Assembly: GCA_030265395.1 (NCBI GenBank) | Contig: JARFYF010000054.1 | Coordinates: forward strand, 31,042,642 to 31,106,641 | Direction of reading: 5' to 3' | From: Rhina ancylostomus | Taxonomy: Eukaryota | Length of the DNA: 64,000 bases | In this document: one piece after another, positions 36,255 to 48,500 of the stretch | How the letters are laid out: each line of letters starts with the position of its first letter | How positions within the stretch are numbered: position 1 is the stretch's first letter | Translations under genes and position numbers: made by a program | Notes under the pieces: generated by a model | Databases searched by the model: none | The model's input: the letters and a program-made list of their open reading frames with translations, nothing else | What the model was told of the DNA's origin: nothing

Positions 36255-36467
36255 CTCATTCTACCACTTGCCTGCACACTAGGGGCAACTTAGTGTCCAG
36301 CTGACCTTCCAATCTTTTGGACGTGGGAGGAAACTGGAGTGTTTGGTGGGGAGAGCCACTGCAGTCACAGATGGACCATGCAGACGCCACACAGACAGCA
36401 CCCGAGGTTGGGATTGAACCTGGGTCTCTGGTGCTGTGAGGCGGCGGCTCTATCAGCTGCGCCACTG
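36255..36467 (-). mobile_element. V-SINE
   Basis: gtgggaggaaactggag and gggattgaacctggg (reverse B-box). Confidence 0.75.
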
Positions 36468-36712
36468 GAGGCCGGTGTTCCGCAGCCGATGGGTCACGAG
36501 CCTTCTGCGAGGCAGGGGATGAGCCGGTATGTGTTCAGTAACCCTGGCTGCTGCCCTGCAGGTGCATCAGTCTGGGATCGACAGGTACAAATGGACAGGG
36601 AAGCTATTCAGAGCAGCTCGGTGCTGCAGAATGTCAGTCGCTTCTGTGCAATGGAAGTTGCTGTTGAGGTTTTATCTTGCTATATTAATTAATGTTTCCA
36701 CATTTCCCTCAG

Positions 36713-36778
36713 GATTAAAGGCTGGTGGGTGATGCACCATTATGTCTCGGCCTTCCTCTCAGGTGTGATGTTAACCTG
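36713..36778 (+). CDS. TMEM120A: TMEM120A exon 7
   Basis: cag|..IKGWWVMHHYVSAFLSGVMLT..|gtgag, 66 nt; family WWxxHHY motif. Confidence 0.96.
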
Positions 36779-37419
36779 GTGAGTACAGCTTCCTAAAGCG
36801 TGGTCAGATCAGGAGCAATTCCTCTGTCTCCTAATGCACTCTCCTTGGGCCACAGTGCCACTCTCTTTAATGATGTGACCTTCACCAGAGTGTGTGGCAG
36901 GCGTGACACGTGTGTTGACAGTGGGGGAGAGGAGTTGGGGTGAGTGGGGAAGGGGTTGAGGTGAATAGGAGGGACACGGAGCAGTGTGGAGATCCTTCTG
37001 CTTTTCCCCTGACTTTGGGCTAAGGCTCGTTACGTTTCCCCACATTATTTACTTCAGTTAGAGCCGGCCATCCAGGAACAGTCTGACCAAAAGGATTTAA
37101 AGTTCTCTTCCAATCACTGTATCTCTCAGTCTTTTTCTTTTCCCCTTTTTAGTTTTCACTTTTGTGTCTGACTGTTTATCTTATTTACTGGTCATTTCTC
37201 ACTCCGTCCTGATGCAGGCTTCGACCTGAAACCCCGACAATTCCTTTCTCTNNNNNNNNNNNNNNNNNNNNNNNNNNNNNNNNNNNNNNNNNNNNNNNNN
37301 NNNNNNNNNNNNNNNNNNNNNNNNNNNNNNNNNNNNNNNNNNNNNNNNNNNNNNNNNNNNNNNNNNNNNNNNNNNNNNNNNNNNNNNNNNNNNNNNNNNN
37401 NNNNNNNNNNNNNNNNNNN

Positions 37420-37686
37420 GAAACACACAGTGAAATGCATCTTTTGCGTAGAGTGTTCTGGGGGCAGCCCGCAAGTGTCACCACGCTTCTGGCGCCGACA
37501 TAGCATGCCCACAACATCCTAATCCGTACGTCTTTTGAATGTGGGAGGAAACCGGAGCACCCGGAGGAAACCCACGCAGACACAGGGAGAACATACAAAT
37601 TCCTTGCAGACAGCGGCCGGAATTGAACCCAGGTCGCTGGCGCTGTAATAGTGTTACGCTAACCGCTACACTACCATGCCTGCCCT
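37420..37686 (-). mobile_element. Young near-full-length tRNA-derived V-SINE
   Basis: The minus strand has an A-box-like TGGTAGTGTAGCGG, B-box GGTTCAATTCC and the V core; same family as 25762-25960. Confidence 0.88.
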
Positions 37687-37847
37687 GCGACAATGTTTGT
37701 GCAGTGGGCACTGGATGCATTTACTTCCATGTCCCTTACACTGATCTGGTGGGATGTGGAGCTTCATCAGCAGATGCTCTTGCTTGTAGGGCCTTTAAAT
37801 TTGTCCAGTCCATAAATTACAGGCAAAATCTTCACCGCTCGGGACCC

Positions 37848-38200
37848 ATAGAACAGTACAGCACAGGAACAGGCCCTTCAGCCTGTGAGGTCTGTTTGAC
37901 CACGATGCCAGTTTAAACTAAACCCTTCTGCCTGCACATGGTCTGCATCCCTCCATTCCCTACCTGTTCCTGTGTCTGTCTAAATGCCTCTTAAGCATTG
38001 CTATGGTATCTGCTTCCACCATCTCCCCTGGTAGCGTGTTCCAGGCACCTACCACTCTCTGTGTAAAAACTTGCCTTGCACATCTCCTTTAAACTTTCCT
38101 CCTCTCACCTCAAACCTATGCCCTCTAGCACTTGCCATTTCCACCAAGGGAAAGAGACTCTGACTAACTCCCCTCTCGCTGCCTCTCATCATTTTATATA
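37848..38200 (-). mobile_element. CR1 3' end
   Basis: Minus-strand VYKMMRG...LFPLVEMASARGHRFEVRGGKFKGDVQGKF and a catagaacagtacagcac tail. Confidence 0.85.
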
Positions 38201-38512
38201 CAGCAACACAAAAGGCGCTGGAAGAACTCAACCGGTCGGGCAGCATTTGTGGAGGGAGATGGAAAGTTGATGTTTCAGTCGAGACTCTTNNNNNNNNNNN
38301 NNNNNNNNNNNNNNNNNNNNNNNNNNNNNNNNNNNNNNNNNNNNNNNNNNNNNNNNNNNNNNNNNNNNNNNNNNNNNNNNNNNNNNNNNGAAGGGTCTCG
38401 ACCCGAAAGGTCAACTGTCCGTTTCCCTCCGCGAATGCTGCCCAACCCGCTGAGTTCCTCCAGCGCCTTTTGTGTAGCTCCAGGTTCCAGTATCTGCAGT
38501 CCCGTGTGTCTC
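38200..38512. mobile_element. Penelope-like inverted-arm element spanning an N-gap, with a partial hammerhead core
   Basis: The left and right arms are inverted copies. 38390-38417 reads GA-A-GGGTC-TC-GACCC-GAAA-GGTC-AACTG. Confidence 0.7.
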
Positions 38513-38737
38513 CATAATTGTATGTACTTCTATCAATAGATGTTAGGAGAATCTGGGTGTACGGGAAGGTGGAGCTGAGGTGCAAAGATAAGCCGTGGTC
38601 TTATTGAGTGTAACAGTTGCCTGCTGCTTCTATTTCTTGTTCTGTGTGTAGCTGGGCATCTAGTTAAAACCCTGGAGTCCTCGGTGTACAGTTTTTACAC
38701 GGTGCGCAAAATGACCAATGTAACTTTCTTGTTTCAG

Positions 38738-38799
38738 GCCTGACTCAAAGATGTACCAGCTCTTCCGTAACCAGTTTCTCTCCTTCTCCATGTACCAGA
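38738..38799 (+). CDS. TMEM120A: TMEM120A exon 8
   Basis: cag|..PDSKMYQLFRNQFLSFSMYQ..|gtaag, 62 nt; FLSFSMYQ is A-type. Confidence 0.96.
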
Positions 38800-39990
38800 G
38801 TAAGTATGTTATTGCTGCAACGGCTCCTCGCTCCCTGAGTACTGCAAGATGTCCGACATCTCCAGTACCTGGTCCTTCTAGCCTGTTGAAATCGGCGCCT
38901 GCCCCCCCCACACGTGCTGAACTTGTTCTGGGTGCTCTCTCATTCCGTGTACAGTTCCTGGGGGGCGTGGGGAGTCATGTCCAGAGTTGTGCAGTTCAAC
39001 CTGTGGCATCTTAATAAGCCAAATAATCCAGTTGAAGTTAATCAATTCATCCCTGGAAAATCGATTCCCTTTTTAGAGACTCTTCATCCTATTTCTGAAA
39101 CAGCTCGCTGCTGTTGTACATCTTCAGTTTGTTGTCACTCCTCGTAATCCAGTCATTACAAACATGCATTCAAATGGACGAACGTACGAATTGAAAGTGG
39201 CCCATTTGACCACTCCCCCCCCCCGAGCTTGCGTTACCACTCAATAAGACCGTGGCTGATCTGATCGTTCCGTTTCCACACACCTGCCAACTCCCCCAGT
39301 GATTCCTGTCTCTACCCATTCAGTAGCCAGAACTACTGCCTGGCTCCGTGTGGATTGTGCTGTGTTTTCCTTTGTGTCTGTGAATGTCACTTTTTTTTTG
39401 GGGACGTTTCTGAGGGATGGGACAAGGTCATGTGGAACGTTGAGTCTGAGCCACGTAATTCTATGGATTCAACTTGATCCTTTAGCCAAGGCTCGCAGTG
39501 TGGCCTCTGAGCTCCTGATTGGAGGTCTGGCACCCACAGGTCACCCACAGTGCACGTGACAACTCTTCAGGGACATGTAAAAGGTTATGTTACACCACTG
39601 CGAAAAAAAGTACAGGGATTCTCTCCTGATTGCTCAACCAGAATTGACCTGTATGACCGGTATGCAAGACAAGTTTTTCACTGTACCATGGTAGAAGTGA
39701 CAATAATAAACCAACACCAATAATTGTACTAGGGCTGGATGTGGGACTTGCTCTGTACAAGCTGTCAGCTGAGTTCTCTGAGCCGTGATAGTACCGTGCC
39801 TGTACATGGACTGATAATTTTAGCTATTGTAACATTGAAGCCACATGTAAAACTCCCTGTGTGAAGGGGACTCATGGTACAGTGGTACAATAGGACCTTT
39901 TAAACCATACTGTCTGCAGTAAAAGATACACAACGGTTGTATTTCTTGGCTGACTGTGATCTTGACCCATTAACTGCTTGTGTTGTGCAG

Positions 39991-40083
39991 GCTTTGTGCA
40001 GTTTCTGCAGTACTATTATCAGAGTGGCTGCCTGTACCGACTCCGAGCCTTAGGAGAGAGACACAACATGGACCTGACTGTAG
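39991..40083 (+). CDS. TMEM120A: TMEM120A exon 9
   Basis: cag|..[30 protein letters not shown]..|gtgag, 93 nt. Confidence 0.97.
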
Positions 40084-41441
40084 GTGAGTCCACTCAACAC
40101 TAGCTCAGGTAAAGGAGTCGGGGGAGGCTTGTGGAGGATAAAGACAGGGGTAACAAGCTGAATACTGCTTGCTTAAAATCAGTCCAATTACCTCTGTTCT
40201 GTTTATCAATTCATTACATTAACTACATTAACAACATCAATTAACTACATTAGCATTCAAAATGAATTTACACATTTTAGCGGCCAAATAATCTTTGAGT
40301 CTCTTGTGCCTCTACTATCTAGATAAGGGTAGTGAATTGGGAGTGATGATTTCACAGAGCTGGATAAAACTCCTGGAATTTTGCCGATCATTTAATTTGA
40401 TTACATTTCTACCTAGTTCCTTCAGGTAACTTGACCTTATGGAGGAATTGCATCGTGCACCTCGGCAGTAATAATTTAACCACCAGTTAACGCCTTCAAC
40501 CTGTTGCTGAATCTTAGTTCTGGGGTCTATCTCACTTCCTGTATAACTCCTGGAGTCAAACGGCACTGAAACAGGCCTCTCGGCACACAGTCCACGCCAA
40601 CCAAGCGTGCATTTACCCTGTTCCCATTTATTGTTTCCATGTTCCCTTCAGCCCTCAGTTCTTCCCCCTCCCCCACCCCCACCCCCAGATTCTACCTGCT
40701 CCCCTAACACAAAGGGCAATTTACAGTGGTACCTTAACTTCCCATAGACCCCAGGGGGCTGGTAAGTTGGGTCAGGATGTGTGCAGTCGAACCTACCAAA
40801 CCTGTGGCTTCTTAATAAGCTGAGCACTCCCGTTGATATTGACCAGATCAACACTGGAAAGTCAATTCCCTTTTCGAAACTAGTCCCATCTCTGGAACTG
40901 TGTGATGGTCTACCTGCATGTCTTTAGCTAACAGAGAGTTTGGCTGGTGTGGATGCATAAGTGTCTAGTGCAAGGACAATCCCGGGGCAAGGTACCCATT
41001 GCAGTTACCCCACCAAAGGTCTGGTCTTGTGCTTGTCCCTGAGACAAGTTGCGTATCGCGTGAACCTGTTCCATTCCCTGCAACTCCTCCTGCCGATCCC
41101 TGTCCCACTTCCCCACCCTGTGGATGTCACTGTTGACTATGTCATTGGAGTGTCGCGCATGAAGGTGAGTCAAGAACAATGGTGCTGAGATGGAAGATTC
41201 AAACAAGCCTTGTGCATGATGGAGTGGGCTCAAGGGTTTGCATGCCACCTCTGTCCCTGTTACATTATTGCAGCTGGGAGCTGGTTTAGTACAAAATCAA
41301 CATTTTGTGTTGATACAAAAACAGAACTTTTTTTAATTTAAAGACAATATTGGGTTCAATCCAACACAAAGTGTGTTTTGGTTCTTGGTAAGAGCGAGCC
41401 CTTATCCAAGACTGACTGCGTTCTGGGGTTTGTCTTTGCAG

Positions 41442-41506
41442 AAGGATTCCAGTCGTGGATGTGGAGAGGCCTCACCTTTCTCCTCCCATTCCTGTTCTTT
41501 GGTCAC
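41442..41506 (+). CDS. TMEM120A: TMEM120A exon 10
   Basis: cag|..[21 protein letters not shown]|gtgag, 65 nt. Confidence 0.97.
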
Positions 41507-41844
41507 GTGAGTCGTTTTGAAATATTTGGTATCGTTGGATCTGAAGCCAAAGCCAAGTCCCAAATCCATTCCCTGGTTGGCCTTGGCAGCAGGGAGATTG
41601 ACCCAGGCTTTGGACAGGGTACATCAGCTGAAGCTGCCCCACCTGGTGGCCAGTGCTGGGATTTGTGCTCCATGGCTGAGTCAGGATTGGACACATAACT
41701 CCATGGCTTTGTAAACAGTCAAGGTCTGTGTCCTGGGGTCGTGCACAGAGGACAGCCACAGGCACAAGATTATAGAAGGTTATCGGCACTACAGAAATGA
41801 GTGAATCAATAGCTCCTGAGAGGAGACGGGAAACCCAGCGAGGA

Positions 41845-42075
41845 ACGATCTGCTGGAGGAACTCGGTGGGTTGAGCAGCACTTGTCAGAGGAAAGAACTG
41901 TTAATGATTCGGGTCGAAACCCTGCATCAGGTGAAGGATCCGAGCCCCAAAATGTCCATCGTCCATTTCACTCCACAGATGCTGCCTGACCCACTGAGTT
42001 GCTCCAGTGTCTTGTGTTTCGCTCCCCCAGCAGACTGTTTGTTGCTCCAGATTCCAGCATCTGCGGTCTCTGCTC
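41845..42075. mobile_element. Penelope-like inverted-arm short repeat(s) with a hammerhead-like core
   Basis: The minus strand at 41930-41905 reads CTGATGCA-GGGT-TTCG-ACCC-GAATC. The right arm is cacagatgctgcctgacccactgagtt...tccagattccagcatctgc. Confidence 0.7.
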
Positions 42076-42281
42076 TGGACTTTTGGGGTAGTATTTCAGC
42101 AACTCAGCTGAGTGCAAAGGAAGGGTGTGGGTCCCATACGTCTAAAAGGGGGAGGTGTCCCTCCGTGCCACAGGTATCCAGGCCCTGTGTGCAGTCTCCC
42201 CTGGTGGGGAGAAGATGTAGGCCAACCCCAGAGCACTGCCAATAGGCCATCTGCTAACCTGATGCTTCTCTTGCTTTGCAG

Positions 42282-42350
42282 TTCTGGCAGTTATTTAACG
42301 CAATCACCTTGTTCAACCTAACAGACCATCCAGACTGTAAAGAATGGCAG
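42282..42350 (+). CDS. TMEM120A: TMEM120A exon 11
   Basis: cag|FWQLFNAITLFNLTDHPDCKEWQ|gtaag, 69 nt. Confidence 0.96.
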
Positions 42351-42864
42351 GTAAGCAAAGCACGAGGGAGATTTATCCATGGGTTATATTGGGAAACATT
42401 CTGTACACAACCTGAACTCCATGCAGTGACTTCATTAAATATTTTGAAATGGTGCTGTAGGTTTTACTGTAATAGGGAAAACCTCTACCAATAAGAGGAA
42501 GGTGGGACACAAGTTCAGAGAGCACTGCACAGTCAGTGGGTGAGGCCTGGCTGTGGAAGACTTGCCTATTCATACAGAGGGGTGGGAATTGAAGCTTAAG
42601 GCTGTACTTTTAGCTTTGTCCCAGCTTATTCCTCATTAAGACCGCTGAGTGTAACGTCATGTGCTGGGTGTCTCCTCCCGTTGTGAGGGCAATGAAGCCA
42701 ATATTGTCACATTCTGCTGCTAGATACCAAAATGTTGAGAGCTTCTGTGGAAATATGGATGGCCAAACCCAGCACTCTCTTGTGGGGATGGAGATTACTG
42801 TTAAGAAACCGCAGTGTAGAAATTATCTCTGTGATTTTTAATTCAACATTATTTCAACCATCTC

Positions 42865-42903
42865 CAGTTCTGATGAAGGGTTGCATGCCTGAAACATTCA
42901 CTG
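42865..42903 (+). ncRNA. Minimal hammerhead-ribozyme-like motif in a Penelope-like repeat (probably decayed)
   Basis: CAGTT-CTGATGA-A-GGGT-TGCAT-GCCT-GAAA-CATT-CACTG: both conserved core boxes, a wobble-rich stem II and an imperfect stem I. Confidence 0.5.
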
Positions 42904-43329
42904 TTTCTCCTTGTACAGTTGCTGCCTGACCTGCTGAGTGTTCCCAACATTTTTTATTTTTGTACCATCTCTGGAAGATCTAAAAAGAGTAAAACATTTA
43001 AATTTAAAAGCAGTACTATGAGATTCACTGGTTAATAACCTTCCCCCTCCCCACCCCTGTCCTACAATCGGCATCAGTATTTTTCGCACCATTAGCTCTG
43101 CGATGGATGTAGGATCCATCTCTTCAACTGGTCATTGACCACAGGCATTGTCACCAGCTTCTCTCGATCCTTTAGCGAGATTCTATGTGAGAGACACTCA
43201 GGCTTACTACTAGCCCTGATGTACAACAGAAATAGAGGTGCCTGGTTGGTAATAGGAGAGTTACAACTCTCACTAGTTTAATAACAGAAGGAACATTTGG
43301 CTGGAGTTCTGTTTCCTGCCCAGCTAACC

Positions 43330-43700
43330 CTGGGCACAGTGCCCTGATGTCAATGTGAAGTACTGTGTGCAGTTTTGGTTCCCTCACCTAAGAAAGGATA
43401 TACACGTCACTCGAGGGAGTGCAGCAAAGATTCTCTGGAGTATAAAAGAATGAGTGGTGAGCTCATTGAAATTCTCAAGGTTGGATGCAGGAAGGATGTT
43501 CTCCCTGACTGACTGAGTCTAGAACCAAGGGTCGGAGTCTCAGAGTAACAGGTAAACAATTTATGATTCAGATTTGGAGACGTTTCTTCAGGGCTCTGGT
43601 GACTCGGTCATTATTTTGAACGAACTTGGGGCCAGAGCTTTCTGTGTATTAAGGAAATTGAGGGATGTGGGGATAGTGCAGAAAAATGGGGCTCAGGTGG
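43330..43700 (+). mobile_element. Degenerate CR1 fragment
   Basis: tactgtgtgcagttttggttccctcacctaagaaaggatata (YCVQFWFPHLRKDI). Confidence 0.7.
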
Positions 43701-43875
43701 TGTTGTGTGAAATTGTTCTTTCCGGTCTTAAGGACAGTGAATTCTTGACACGAGCTTTGTAGACCAAAACTAGTTTAATCACAAAAGCAAACGCAGGGAC
43801 AAACTGAATGGGAACAGGCACACGTTCACTCACATGCAAGATACCGTGAACATGAGAGGGAATTCGCAACTGGGG

Positions 43876-43972
43876 TCTCTCTCTCTCGCACACACACACG
43901 CACAAACAAGCACACACACACACACAAACAAGCACACGCACGCACAAACAAGCACACACACGCACGCACAAA
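43876..43972. repeat. Compound (CT)n/(CA)n microsatellite with cacacacgcacaaacaag units, running into an N-gap
   Basis: Directly visible. Confidence 0.9.
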
Positions 43973-45435
43973 NNNNNNNNNNNNNNNNNNNNNNNNNNNN
44001 NNNNNNNNNNNNNNNNNNNNNNNNNNNNNNNNNNNNNNNNNNNNNNNNNNNNNNNNNNNNNNNNNNNNNNNNAGGGTCTCACACCTGAGGGGGGATGGGT
44101 GGAGCTGCACCTTGATTGACAGGAGTATCACTTCTGATCTGAGGAGCAAGGCCGTCCTCCGACCAGCAGGGGTCATTTCTCACAACAGGTCGGTCAGCCA
44201 TGATCTTGAAAGTCAGAACGTGCCCGATGGGGTGGATGGCCAATTCCTGTTCGTAATCCGTATGTTCTTCTGTTATTAAAACTGCAGGTTTTACAGAACA
44301 TTCTAAGTAGGTAATTAAGGCAAATACCAGTGCGATTTCTGGGATGAGTAACACACAGAATAGAGGCTTAATATAGCCTTTCAGTCAACCTTCTGGAGGG
44401 AAGGCCCCTCTATACCACCTCCTCCTGCCAGTGCCCTGGGTGGGTTGTCACTGGGTGTAGATGTGTGAACCATCCACTCACAAAGTGGCCCTTAGCCTTT
44501 TACTTGCTTTGTGAGAGTCTTACACTAGAGGTCTCTTCTAGTGTTCTGCATTCGGTAGTGGTAAGTAATTAGCTGGTCCCCCAGATACCTTCTGCAGTGG
44601 AGAAGGCAAATACCTGACTGTTGTTGGGAAATGCTTCACTTTTGCTCTGCAACGGGTGGTATGGCTGCATCCTTGTGGCACCTGGGGTTAGCCTGAGGTG
44701 TTTATGTACAGACTGTGACTCACTCGAGGCCAAGTGCATTGCCTTGCAAAGTGCCACGAGGCATTTCCAACAGACTTTTGTTCAGTTACACAAATGTAAA
44801 TGCATTGTTACTTCAATTGGACACTGTTCTGGGATGGGGAGCATGGCAGGGGGGCCTCGGGCACAGAGTGGGGCTGTTTTACTTGCCCTGCACGAATTCC
44901 TTTAAGTATAGTGCTTGAGTAGTAACCCAACACTGAATGGAGCTCCCCTTGATCTCTGCAGCTGATAAATGGCTTTACTGATTTCAGTAGGGATCACCCC
45001 TCAGGCAGTGAGATTTGGGGGTGGGGTTTAATGGGATCTCATACACAAATGAGCGTGAGTATGTAAGTGGCCTAAGCAAATGTGTTGACAGAGTCATACA
45101 GCACTAAAATGGGCCCTTCAGCCCACCATGTCTGTGCTGACCTGGCTGACAAGAAGTTACTTTTATCTTGTTCAGACAATGGTCCCTACTTTAACCCAAC
45201 CTCCAACTCCCAGCATTGGAAATAACTTGAGCTGGTTTCTGTAGGATGATAGAAATGAATTAACCCCAAGTAAGCAGAGCAGTGGAAGAATTAGTTGAAG
45301 GGGTAGAGCTGCCTTTGCCTTCAAGGAATTAACAACAGGTAGAGTTTTTAAGCCCCCAGTTGCAGCTTCAAAGGACATGTCTTTTTCCCCTCACAGTTCC
45401 CTTTGGTCTAACTCTCTGCACTCTCCTTGTTGTAG

Positions 45436-45552
45436 GTTTCCATGTGTGGCATTACATTTCTCGTTCTCTTCCTTGGAAATTTCCTTACAACAGTCCGTGT
45501 CATCTACCAAAAGCAGAAGCAGAGGGAGGAAAAAACCAACAAACGATTGTGA
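45436..45552 (+). CDS. TMEM120A: TMEM120A exon 12 (last coding exon)
   Basis: tag|VSMCGITFLVLFLGNFLTTVRVIYQKQKQREEKTNKRL*. The 12 exons sum to 1017 nt (338 aa plus stop). Confidence 0.93.
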   Translation, partial: VSMCGITFLVLFLGNFLTTVRVIYQKQKQREEKTNKRL

Positions 45553-48500
45553 GACATGAGCGAGAGCTGATCCAGTTATTGTCATGCACCTGTTTAAATA
45601 CACTATGTTGTGATGTAGCGTTTCCTTCACTGGCCCTCACCCATTCTAGCCAGTTCACACTACAGCTGGTGTGTGTGTGTGGAGTACTGACTCTTGTTTA
45701 AATGTTCACAGAATAAAATTGTGCAGGCCCACTCAAGCGTACATCAGAAGTACAATCTAGTGTTTCTGCCACATTATTTGTATTTACATTGGTGGGGAAA
45801 TGACTGGAGGTGCCACCGTGTGGCTAGACCTAGCCAGCAATGTGTTTTCAGCCATTCCACATCCAGAACCGTCTGGACTTCCACATGTGGGCACTGAAGT
45901 GTGAGGGCCTGATTCCAGAGCACCCAGCTTCCACCTCACCTCCAGACTCTCCTTCAGCCCAGCACTGATGTGCTAAGGAGGGGCTGGCTGCATCTGATCA
46001 AGTTTACATTAGGAATGGCCAGGCTCAGTTGTTGGAATGGTGTTGCTGCCATGAACTTGAAATCTAATGTTGATTTGAATAGGTTTTAATGTCTCCTTCT
46101 GAGTTATTTATAAACTGTTCACAAGCTTGTGATAACCCAGGGCAGGTGCCCAGCTCTCCTCTGGGTGCACTCTGCCTCAAGCCACAAGGGTGCTCAGGGT
46201 TGGCTTGTACCTTTGTCCCCTTCTAGAAGGACAGAGGAGACTGGGTGATGAGCCAGTGCCAGGCTGTCTCCTGCACAATCCACTTAATGCTGGAAATCAG
46301 ACAAAAACATACACCTGCCCTCCTGAGTGTTTCTATGTGGAAAGAGAAGAGTTAACATTGCAAGTCAATGGCCTTTCATCAAAAGAGGATAACTAGATTA
46401 CTGCTTCACCTAGAGGAGGAAAGGCCAGAGCCAAGGGACTGTCTCCCCAGTGGACCAGGGGTTTGTAATTGCTGAGTGACCTAACAACCTCAGATACACT
46501 GGCAAATAAGCAGAGAAAGGATTGATGGGGAGAATTTAAGTACTTCATTAATTCACCCTAAATTAGCCCCTTCAAAAGGTAAAAACAAATTGTCTTTGAC
46601 ATGAAACTTAACTGTTTCTCTCTCCACAGCCAAGTGTTCCTAACGTTTTCTGTTTTTGTTCATGTTAAGTGATTTTTTTTCCCAAGGAAAGGCCTGTATT
46701 TGCAGATCATGGTCAAAATAAAGATCTGGAGCTGAGGTTTTGTTGACAAAGTTCTTAGCCGGACAGATTGATTAAATTATCAAAAGGTAAAACCAATGGT
46801 CAGATTCAAATAAAGACTTTTTAAAAAAAAAAGAACTTCCTGGTAATGCCTTTGTGATTTGCAAAACAAAAAAAAATATAGACCTTGCATTGATAAAGGA
46901 CTTCAGCAGGAAGCCCTATAGCTTTGTCTTTATTCACAAGCAGTAATTCTGGGAATTTCAACATCTTTTTGCTTTTTTGAATGCACCAACTTGCCTGTAC
47001 AACTAAACAATGTTTCAGCACCTCTTTGTAGCTGGCTGGCAATGGTGCCTCTGGAACACAAGGTGCAACAGACACTAAATTTTGATGCCATCTTCATAGA
47101 TCACTACAGCCACAAGCAGCCAGTGAAGTGGGTTACAACACCCTGGGCCCCATATGGTCAGTCAAGAAGTCAGTCCAGGATTTTTGTAAACATTTTAATC
47201 ATTTTGAAGACAAATTACATGATTACAGGTTTATACACACACACACACACAAAGCATTATAGAAACATTAGAAACCAGAGCAAGTGACAAAATTTAGAGG
47301 GGGGAAATAAAGATCCTACAGTTAAGGGAAGAGATTAGAAAATTTACAATATTAGCTCGACTTATGTTATTACTAAGAATTTATTTTTCCAGATGACTGA
47401 GGCTTTGTATTAACATGTTTTGGCAATTTCAATAACCTTTTGCACATCAATTAGAATCTAATGAGCTCAAGGCCAAACAACTGTCTGGAATTCTACATTT
47501 CATACAGGGCCACTGTGGACAATGCATCAACAACATGTACAGGTAGCCCAACTGGCTCAGCATGACAGGCAGTACTCTGGTAACAGTGCAGTTCTTTTCT
47601 TAGTTATTATTAAATTGGGATGCAGAAGGCTTGCAGATACAAACTTGAGCTTCCCCAGGAAGCATTGGCAGCTCCCTTATAGTTTTCTGCAGGTTANNNN
47701 NNNNNNNNNNNNNNNNNNNNNNNNNNNNNNNNNNNNNNNNNNNNNNNNNNNNNNNNNNNNNNNNNNNNNNNNNNNNNNNNNNNNNNNNNNNNNNNNNNNN
47801 NNNNNNNNNNNNNNNNNNNNNNNNNNNNNNNNNNNNNNNNNNNNNNNNNNNNNNNNNNNNNNNNNNNNNNNNNNNNNNNNNNNNNNNNNNNNNNNNNNNN
47901 NNNNNNNNNNNNAGAGGTGCATACACTAGCTGAGCTCAAGCTTTAAAATGAATGGAGTTGTAGTCGGTGAAGTTAATTTCATTAATTTGTTTTGCAGAGC
48001 AATGCCCTAATCTCCCAGTTGTAGCCTGGAACCAGCAGTCTGACTGCCAACCCAACCTATGCAAGGTCTGGGAATAAATCAACTCATTAAGAGATCCAAA
48101 TGCATCCTTCTACACCGTCCAGTCAAACAATGGTAATCAGGGCCTCAAAGTAATGAGACATTCTGAACTAAATAAGGGATATAGGACTATTTTACTGTGT
48201 ACAACAAACCTCAATGGTAATGTGCAAAGTTTCCTCCAAGTTAAATTCCTCCTTCATGTTAAATTGAAGATGCATTTCAGATGTTGATTTTAGGGTTTGA
48301 TCCCTAGTTCTTAACAATCTCCAGGCCCACAGAAATCAAACAGGACAAGTCAATACAAACACTAGTACAGAACTAGCTGGGCTGAATTCCCAGGGTGTGT
48401 ACAGATCACTAAACCCTAATACAATCTGAACATTGTAATACTACTAAGGGGCATTTATTTGGGGCAACTCAAATTTTGTCTTTCATCAATCAGGAAGGGC

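Noticed and set aside
37560-37686. tRNA-like A and B boxes
   Set aside because: This is the head of a V-SINE, continuous with the SINE core, not a tRNA gene.
45538-45552. TMEM120A C-terminal -NKRL as a peroxisomal PTS1
   Set aside because: It is a non-canonical tripeptide on a polytopic membrane protein, and PTS1 applies to matrix proteins.
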